A stretch of 20,000 nt of DNA, taken from the NCBI RefSeq assembly GCF_000485595.1, contig NW_014577079.1, positions 924,212 to 944,211 of the forward strand. The letters run 5' to 3'. The position numbers and the translations under genes are program-made. The DNA is from Priapulus caudatus. Lineage: Eukaryota. Positions 11,222 through 20,000 of the stretch are shown here, piece by piece. A model generated the notes under the pieces. That model was not told where the DNA came from, did no database searches, and worked only from the letters and a program-made list of their open reading frames with translations. Numbering within the stretch: the first letter of the stretch is position 1; each line of letters opens with the position of its first letter.

Positions 11222-11402
11222 TAGGTGTGACATCTCTGAGCGCGACATGACTAGGCGCGACATTTTTCTAGGTGTGACATCACTATGTGTGACATTGATA
11301 GGTGCGGCATATTTCTAGGTGTGACATCACTATGTGCGACATTGATAGGTGCGGCATATTTCTAGGTGTGACATCACTATGTGCGACATTGATAGGTGCG
11401 AC
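11222..11402. repeat. 47-bp tandem repeat (~3 copies plus a degenerate one) built from TA(G/T)GTGYGRCAT subunits
   Basis: CTAGGTGTGACATCACTATGTG at 11268, 11315, 11362. Confidence 0.9.
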
Positions 11403-11635
11403 GTTACCGAGAACATTTATACCGTGTATTTAGCGTAGGCGACGTGGCCAGAAACTTGCTGGCTCGTAAATGTTTATGCACAACGGATCTATATTTACTG
11501 AGCATTCATCCCTCGCGCTACGAGTACAGTATTTAAATACGTATATTTTTATAAGCTCTTGAGTGTCGTTAGGAGCCTGCGTTATTTCCTTGCGGATGAC
11601 GCTTTTTAGATGAGTGCGTATATGCTAGGTGATCA

Positions 11636-11792
<157 letters not shown>

Positions 11793-11904
11793 TTACATTA
11801 ATGATGTGTATAATGTCGAAAGGTTACTAAATTATTATATGTAGTATTATGGGTTAATGATGTTAAAACGTTGCCCAGCGCCCGCGCTTATAGACACCAC
11901 CGCC

Positions 11905-12114
11905 CTATACACATGCACTGACGCACACACGGACGCACACGCATACACACACATGCACACACACGAACGCACGCACGCACGCACACACATCGATACACAC
12001 ACACACACACGCGCACGCACACGCACGCGTACGCACGCGCACGCACACACGCACACGCACACGCACACGCACTCGCACACATGCACAGGCACACGCACAC
12101 GCACACGCACACGC

Positions 12115-12154
<40 letters not shown>

Positions 12155-12157
12155 GCG

Positions 12158-12203
<46 letters not shown>

Positions 12204-12350
12204 TACGCGCACGTACACGCACGCACAAGCACACGCAGACGCACACGCACGCGCACGCACGCGCACGCGTACGCACGCGCACGCACACACGCACACACAC
12301 ACGCACACGCACACGCACACGCACGCACACACACACACACGACACGCACG

Positions 12351-12392
<42 letters not shown>

Positions 12393-12540
12393 TAAGCGCA
12401 CGTAAACGCACGCACACACACACGCAGCTAGATGCTACATGCAATAAAGATTTTATAATAACGTACACACTCACACGAACACACGCGTGCACTCACGCGT
12501 GTACGTATGCACTCACGCGTTCACACACGAGCGCGCACGC
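11905..12540. repeat. Compound (CA)n/(CACG)n/(CACACG)n alternating purine-pyrimidine tract
   Basis: About 600 bp of CA/CG repeats; source of several spurious ORFs. Confidence 0.95.
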
Positions 12541-12646
12541 GAGAGTATTCAGGGCAAACGCTATTTCAAAATCAAAAGCATCAAGCGTCTGACTATGTTC
12601 GAACGTTACCGCTCCCTCTCTCACTAACTATCGCTTTTGCGTGCAG

Positions 12647-12769
12647 ATGCGAGGAAAAGAAACACGCCTGTGATCCAAATCCATGTCTACACGACGGTAT
12701 ATGCAAGCCCAGCCCCCATAGTTACCACGACTACATTTGCGAATGTCAACATGGCATAACAGGAAAGAT
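12647..12769 (+). CDS. Coding exon, EGF2 C6 + EGF3
   Basis: Branch-like cactaac, then cttttgcgtgcag|; CEEKKHACDPNPCLHDGICKPSPHSYHDYICECQHGITGK; donor AT|gtgagt; 123 nt, phase 2-2. Confidence 0.95.
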
Positions 12770-13344
12770 GTGAGTGCGTACGTGAAATATCACGATTGCT
12801 TAGGAGAAGCAGTGATTATTTCGAATCACAATCGGTAATTAATGTAGGCGTATTATCGAGTTAAGCAGCTGTGGCTGTTAATAAAACGAATTGGTGGTAA
12901 ATAGGAGGCAAGGGGCGTTTAGGCGTTGTAACCTCTCCATCTTAATTACCTAAACATAATAATTCCGAAACATACGCCCGCGATGGTGTCATAATTATTT
13001 TTCGTTACGCACATGATTTCTCACACGTAATAAGAGTCGATGGCTATAACAAGACACATGCGATGAAGCCCACTGTATAGTTTATGCGCGCTTGATATGA
13101 TAATGCTTACATAAAAAAGTGTTAGTATTGTATGTTTAAGTACAGTTTAATTTATATAGTTCATATGTCTGGTGTTCATTTAACGTTTCTGTTCACGATC
13201 GATACCAATGTTTGTGATGCTTCAACCAAACCTGCGTGATATAAACAGAACGTTTTGCTTCTAGCGCAACACACAAGCCGTTATGCGCATAAATTGCGTT
13301 TTCTAGATTTCATGTAGTTTGATCTTGGACTGATATATTCTGCA

Positions 13345-13575
13345 GTATGCTTATATCTATACATGTTTTGTGCTGATGTTTATGCTTATTTATGATGCTC
13401 ATGTTATATTATACATACATTTATGCTCACACTGTGCTCATATTTATGCCTATGTATTATCCTTATGTGTATGCTCAGTTATTATGCTCCTGTTGTATTA
13501 TGCTCAAATGTATGCTTACATTATGCTTGCGTTTATGCGTATGTATCATGCTTATTGTGCCATATGCTTACATAT
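13345..13575. repeat. Degenerate TATGCT-based repeat
   Basis: Recurrent (t)tatgct(c/t)a motifs running up to the exon acceptor at 13577. Confidence 0.75.
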
Positions 13576-13577
13576 AG

Positions 13578-13697
13578 ATGCGAGATCAATCCATGCGCTG
13601 GAGAGCCGTGTCAAAACAACGGTGTGTGTAAACCAACAGAAGGTGCCTACGGACCCACGTACGAGTGTCTGTGCACTTACGGATATGACGGATACAA
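13578..13697 (+). CDS. Coding exon, EGF3 C6 + EGF4
   Basis: catatag|A TGC; CEINPCAGEPCQNNGVCKPTEGAYGPTYECLCTYGYDGY; donor AA|gtacgg; 120 nt, phase 2-2. Confidence 0.9.
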
Positions 13698-14213
13698 GTA
13701 CGGCTGGTTATTGATCGATTAGACACTAGGGCACGGAGACTCTAGAGGTTCTCTCTAAGTATGACGTCAGAGCTATATCGCTACAAGTATGTGTAGGTGG
13801 TAACACCTACTCAGTAATAGTAATGCATGTTACTGTATCTCGCCCGTAGAAGATATAGATATAGAATCGCACGAGAGACCGCATTGCACTCACCTTCTCC
13901 CGTTATAATTTCTGTCGCCTGCGGTTGTTTATCTGTCGCCTTACCTTTATGCTGTGGAAACGCATTACTGTTGCTCCATTATCTACATCCCAAAACGGTC
14001 TAGATTTATTCCTGTAATAGAGTACAAAAAAGATAGGTTTCGTATTTTATGTAAAGCATTCTGACGCCGAATGTCCCCTGGACACAGAATTGGTCACTAT
14101 TACGCGAATATTATTTGTGTAGCTCCTTCGACTTTGTAATGGAGACGAATTTACAGGCGATTATTGAATAGGCTTCAATTCAATGCTCTATAGGGTCGTA
14201 TTAATCCTTTCAG

Positions 14214-14351
14214 GTGCGAGGATGATATTGACCCTTGTGAGCACAACCCGTGCGACAACGGAGGTGTGTGCCAAATCAACCGCCAGTACCGGCACAGTGG
14301 ATATGAGCCGGAAACCACCTGTGTCTGCCCCTGCACCCATCTAGGAGACAG
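14214..14351 (+). CDS. Coding exon, EGF4 C6 + EGF5 (extra Cys)
   Basis: tcctttcag|[49 protein letters not shown]; donor AG|gtatat; 138 nt, phase 2-2. Confidence 0.93.
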
Positions 14352-14395
14352 GTATATATATTATTATTATATATATATATATATATACATTAAAA

Positions 14396-14670
<275 letters not shown>

Positions 14671-14803
14671 CACATTTTGTCAGATATAAACTCGTAGGAC
14701 AGCTAACTGGGATCAACACGTGTTATATTTTACAACACTTACACCGCCTCATATCTTCACAACGTTTACTAACGCGCGGTATGTAGCACGCAGTTTGTCG
14801 AGG

Positions 14804-15440
14804 CACGTAACAACACATAACTACTCGTAACAACACATAACTACTCTTAACAACACGTAACTACTCGTAACAACACGTAACTACTCGTAACAACACGTAA
14901 CTACTCGTAACAACACGTAACTACTCGTAACAACACGTAACTACTCGTAACAACGCGTAACTACTCGTAACAACACATAACTACTCGTACCAACACGTAA
15001 CTACTCTTAACAACACGTAACTACTCGTAACAACACGTAACTACTCGTAACAACACGTAACTACTCGTAACAACACGTAACTACTCGTAACAACACGTAA
15101 CTACTCGTAACAACGCGTAACTACTCGTAACAACGCGTAAATACTCGCAACAACACGTAACAACACGTAACAACACTTACCTACTCTGAACAACGCGTAA
15201 CTACTCGTAACAACACGTAACTACTCGTAACAACACGTAACTACTCGTAACAACGCGTAACAACGCGTAACTACTCGTAACAACGCGTAACTACTCGTAA
15301 CAACGCGTAACAACGCGTAACTACTCGTAACAACGCGTAACAACGCGTAAAAACGCGTAACTACTCGTAACAACACGTAACAACACGTAACTACTCTTAA
15401 CAACTCGTAACTACTCGTAATGACTCGTAATAACCCGTAT
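14804..15440. repeat. Minisatellite, 20-bp unit CTACTCGTAA-CAACACGTAA (~30 copies)
   Basis: Direct tandem repetition; two related 10-mers alternate. Confidence 0.97.
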
Positions 15441-15663
15441 AACGACTCATGACATCCTCTAACGCCGGTCTTGCTCCAACTCCAATCCACAACATCCATG
15501 GCCCCGAAAACATCGTAAAGTTACGAGAGAATAATAGCTAGGATTCGGTTAATGTTGTGACTAATGTGAAGACTAAATTAAACGTTTTTGACAACGCCCC
15601 CAGGTTACCAGCTGCGTATCAGCGTACCGGAAACCGACCAACGGAAAAAAAGAACCATGAACA

Positions 15664-15750
15664 GAACATGGTCCGATCTATTCCATGGTCCGGTCCATCC
15701 GGTCCATGGTCCGGTCCGGTCCGGTCCATGGTCCGAACATGGTCCGGACC
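15664..15750. repeat. (GGTCC/ATGGTCC) short tandem array
   Basis: catggtccggtccatccggtccatggtccggtccggtccggtcc. Confidence 0.85.
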
Positions 15751-15752
15751 GA

Positions 15753-16618
15753 TCTATAGTCCTACGGGTCGTTGGTCCTACGGGTCGCTGGTCCTACGGG
15801 TCGTTGGTCCTACGGGTCGTTGGTCCTACGGTTATTAGTAAGAGGGGTAGAGTGAATGCCCAATTTGTTTTAAATCACATTTTTTTATTTTTTTTATTTT
15901 TTTTTAAATTTAAATTTTAAATTGTATTTGTTAAAATTTTCTTTAAAAAATTTTTTTTCTAATTTTATGTATGTGGCTTTTTACTATGATTGAAGTATGC
16001 ACCAGACAGGAGTGGAGGAGGAGGAAGAAAATAATTCTTAAACTATTTCAGTGTCATTCACCCTCAAGACCATATCACAAAATTTCATTCACCCACGACG
16101 AAATTTCCTTCTGTTTTTGGTCTAGTTTTATTCACCTCAAAATAATTTCATTCAACCTTGGGTGAACCATACACCAGTTTAAGAAGTATTGTGGTACACC
16201 ACACAGGCAGTCCAGCTGCTGTGTAAATACACTGTGTATATTTTTGACCAGTATAATTATTTTTATTGTTAGTATTCATTAGTTATAAGTTTAATGTGCA
16301 TCAGCGTATTATTTGTATCGTGCACCGTAGGACACGTTGGTCCTACTTAAATTTACCACGTTGGTCGTGGGTAATTTAAAATTTAAAAAAATTAAATTTA
16401 AACAAAATGCATTAAAAATTAAATTTAAAAAAATTAATCAAAAATTAAATTAAATTTTAAATTTTAAATTAAAAATTAAATTAACAAACTATTAAAGAAA
16501 AAAATTACGTGTGCCTGCGTGCACCGTAGGACCAACGACCCGTAGGACCAACGACCCGTAGGACCAGCGACCCGTAGGACCAACGACCCGTAGGACCAAC
16601 AACCCGTAGGACTAAAGA
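15753..16618. mobile_element. Foldback/MITE-like element with inverted arrays of a 16-bp unit (GTCCTACGGGTCGTTG) and T-rich/A-rich inner arms
   Basis: 15753-15832 is the reverse complement of 16523-16618; T-rich 15865-15970 mirrors A-rich 16370-16506; no TSD identified. Confidence 0.75.
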
Positions 16619-17205
16619 ACTGTAATCACAAACATGGGTGAATAATGACAAATTTACATAATTTGTCTTTATTTACCCCTGATGATACTAATGACATCCT
16701 CCTACCCATGCCAGACACTTACCACCCATGCTGTGCGCCACGAAATGCACCACAGTATAGGAGTCGATTCAATTAACAAAACATGCTACACGCAAATTAA
16801 ATATGAAAAACGCAGAACATTGCAAACGTTACGTCGTCAACGGCGACTTAATATCTCGCATAGAATGCGTAGATGCTTTATGTGGTAAGTCGGAAATCAC
16901 ACAGACTAAACATCAAAGCAAAATGGCGCTTCGTTAACTTTGTAGCAACCGCAATGAAGGCAGAATCATAACATATTAGCGATATTTTAGGGCACAATAT
17001 GCGGCTGTCTATTTGTAGCCTGACGTAATTACTAATGTCTGGTGAATAATACACAGCGTCGCAGGGATCGAGTGGATCTCATCAGGACTACTATGCAATT
17101 ACAATAATAATACATGCATTAAAACGCTAACGCGTCAATCGCGTAATGATGCAAAGTATATAGCGAGCAAACGGTGTGTGTTTTTTCATTAATTTTTTTG
17201 TATAG

Positions 17206-17334
17206 TTGCGAGATAGAGATCAAGCCGTGCGAACCGAATCCATGCAAAAACGGCGGCGTGTGCAGGAAAGCTGGAGGACACTGCAATCACACGACGTTTG
17301 CGTGTGACTGTCCCTACGGTCTGAAGGGCGACGT
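17206..17334 (+). CDS. Coding exon, EGF5 C6 + EGF6 (extra Cys, N-H-T sequon)
   Basis: tttttttgtatag|T TGC; CEIEIKPCEPNPCKNGGVCRKAGGHCNHTTFACDCPYGLKGD; donor GT|gtaagt; 129 nt, phase 2-2. Not in the ORF track. Confidence 0.93.
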
Positions 17335-17784
17335 GTAAGTAGATGTGAAAACGATATATGCGCTTGTTTGCTGCGGTCGTGTGTTCTAATACAAACAGCT
17401 GCTCTCAAGTTGCTATTCTGTATTTCCCGTGTGAGTCGGTTAAATATATGGTAATTGCGTCAATATAGGCAACAATAAACCTTCCTTGTGGCATATAACA
17501 AGAGATATATGGGTGTAGCTCGTTTGCTACGGTCGTACGTTTATTCAAATGTCTGCTATCAAGTTCCTAATGTTATTACCGGATCCGTTACCATTCCACC
17601 ACATGCATTATCTATAACGTATAGACTTGCTTAATCATCTTCTATCATCGTACATGCTAGATATAGTTTCAGAAGTTAAAAAATGAGTGCTAACTCATTA
17701 TCTAATGTTATCTAATCTAGTGTTAACATCTTATTATCTAACTCCTTATGATATGACGGAATGACACACGACTCATATACTATC

Positions 17785-18006
17785 TGATTTGTTTTCGCAA
17801 CGCAGGTGCGAACTCGGTTATGGACACCCAAAGCACTAAAACCACGATGTTTGAAGCGGACGATGAAAGAGCAAATTCAAGATTAAAGGCATGACCACAA
17901 ACGGAGAAGCAGTCCGTTAATGATTTTCTGCAACGCGGTGTCGGTAAATACCCCACGATGTTTGAAGCACGGAATGAAAGGCCAAAGCTAAGATTAAAAG
18001 GATGAC
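17785..18006 (+). repeat. Imperfect tandem duplication of the last acceptor, last exon and start of 3' UTR
   Basis: 17785-17895 vs 17921-18006 share TGATTT..GCAACGC, CCACGATGTTTGAAGC, ATGAAAG and AAGATTAAA..ATGAC. Confidence 0.85.
17806..17839 (+). CDS. Terminal coding exon, EGF6 C6 + tail CELGYGHPKH*
   Basis: tttgttttcgcaacgcag|G TGC GAA CTC GGT TAT GGA CAC CCA AAG CAC TAA; supplies the missing 6th Cys in the required phase. Confidence 0.85.
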
Positions 18007-18215
18007 TGTGAATATACAAAATCGTATGCGCTTGCATAAAACATTTGTTGTCAAGCCACAGAATTCTATATGCATTGAAACTCCAACGCCATTTATATGA
18101 AATCAGAGAAGATTTTCTCTTGCTTTGTGCAGAAAATGTTGAATGAGACTAAAAAATATACGGTGTGCAATAGCAACCGCGTACACAATATTAGATGCTA
18201 AAATATACATAAAAT

Positions 18216-18252
18216 CAGGAGTGGATAATAGAGTCTCTATTATCCACTCCTG
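18216..18252. mobile_element. 37-bp perfect palindrome with 7-bp TSD, copy 2
   Basis: ATAAAAT|CAGGAGTGGATAATAGAG-T-CTCTATTATCCACTCCTG|ATAAAAT. Confidence 0.85.
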
Positions 18253-19938
18253 ATAAAATATTACTCTTATGTATCTTACTCTTGACAATGTGCTCAGTAA
18301 GGCTATGCCCGTTTTTGACACATAATATCGGTTTATATATTATATATGTATCATTTATCTTATATAGTTGTTTCCCGTAAATTTAGTTACTGTAATTAGT
18401 TTGTCATAGTTCGTGGCGCTAGACTACACGCCGTTGAACCGTTACTGTATGCGCTACATTTAAAAGATTATTTAAAAAAGTTCAATTTCCTAATAATAAT
18501 TATATATAGGCCTACTATGCCATAATAATTTTTAAATATTTGTAACATTATATTTAGTGGGCAGTTAGAAATAAATAAATATAATCCGTTTAGCAACTTT
18601 TTGTATGTATATTATTGTGTGAATATTGTACAATAACACTTGTATGTGTGCTATGTATATGTCAATAACAATATATGAGTGTAACAATACCAGCGATAGC
18701 ATAATGGACATAATGTTACATTGCATATACACGAAAACCCTGTGAAAAATATGCTGATGAAAAAGGATAACTTTCAAGCAATATGGTTCTTAAACTAAAC
18801 ACGTAAAGTCCGTTTAAACATAGGCATAAATTAATGAACATGTAAGAAATACTATTTATATAGAGTGCGGTATTTCCTAGCTGTCCGACTGCCTGTCTGT
18901 TTGTCTGTATGTCTGTCCGTTTTTCATGCATGTATTTGCACATGCGTGCGTGCATGCGTGCGTACGCATTTGAGAGAAAAAAGTAGGTAGCAGATTTAGC
19001 ATAACCTGACCGCAACGTCTGTCATCGTGTGACATTACAAAGTTTTCGTATTGTGTTCCCATCTCTGTGGAACAGTAGCTACCTATCTGCTCTCAGTAGA
19101 TATTGTGAGCGATTCGTGCGCTGGCTCACAGATTACATGGCTTTTTCCATAATGTCGTAGATGAAAAACCGCTCCAAAATCATTTAGCACGTAGACGATC
19201 CATTAAATATCGCACAAGAACGGAATTTGTTAAATCTACGCTACATCCAGGTTGGGCGGATGGCACCACACCTTACACAACGTAGAAAATTCGCCGCACG
19301 CGAACAGCAGTGACATTTTGCATAGATCCATCGTCTGCTGGTTGCCGTGGAAACAAGCGATGCGCGAGGTCGTTGGCTGCTAGGGATAATGACGCTGCGG
19401 ACTAGGAGCCGATGCGGCGCATTCGATAAACGACTTGTTTTGAGAATGAGCGTGCATCGCCGTCGAGGTGTAACTCTTCTGCTAACATCTGGACGCTAGT
19501 ATCTCGCATAAATTAACCCGATAAGATTGTCACATCGTCGCCAACATGTCCACTCACGTGTACTGAGATAGGACAACGCACGCCGAAAGGTGAGTGGAAA
19601 TCGTGTGAGCTGTTTTGAAGGGAAACGTAGAAGGCTCGCTGATGTTACTAGACGCAATACGAACGAGCGTCTCTCCTTCGTATAGGTGTAGCGAAGCTGT
19701 GGGACGCGTGCAATTTCATCACGTTTTTTTACTTGTTGCATTGCTTCTAATTGAAGTCTGAAGTGAATGAGCATTGCTGACGTACCATTGGTGTAACTCT
19801 AATCATTCATTTTTATTTATTCAGTCCCGGCACCGCGAAAATGGGTATCGATTAAAATTTTCTTCGCTAACATATGGCCTCTTATCAAAAAATAATTGGT
19901 TTTGTAACGATACCGTCACAATCAGCTTGTTTGTTATG

Positions 19939-19941
19939 CAC

Positions 19942-20000
<59 letters not shown>
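19939..20000. repeat. (CA)n microsatellite running off the window end
   Basis: Dinucleotide run. Confidence 0.97.

Noticed and set aside
11847..12492. Multiple long HT/CV/RA-repeat ORFs (also 4301-4624, 7846-8146, 14341-14786, 15221-15499, 15557-15920)
   Set aside because: Stop-free frames produced by micro- and minisatellites.
18565..19774. Short minus-strand ORFs at the right end (and 5682-5918, 8850-9143)
   Set aside because: No recognisable domain or consistent splice structure; lengths are within chance expectation.

Overview
Eukaryotic (animal-like, probably invertebrate) genomic DNA, rich in microsatellites, with one 10-N assembly gap (2446-2455). The six-frame ORFs are almost all repeat artefacts. 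The real coding content is one spliced + strand gene: 7 recognisable coding exons (9944-17839) that join in frame into about 255 aa made only of six tandem EGF-like domains plus a short GYGHPKH tail. It is His/Tyr-rich, has no transmembrane segment, and resembles mussel adhesive plaque protein 2 (mfp-2) in architecture. All six internal introns are phase 2 and lie in the codon just before the 6th EGF cysteine. The N-terminal/signal-peptide exon is unresolved. Non-coding DNA contains two copies of a perfect 37-bp palindrome (CA...TG ends, exact 7-bp target-site duplications; P-element footprint or ultra-short MITE), two foldback-type elements, two Helentron/HINE-like elements, a dimeric 20-bp minisatellite and a degenerate duplicate of the gene's last exon.
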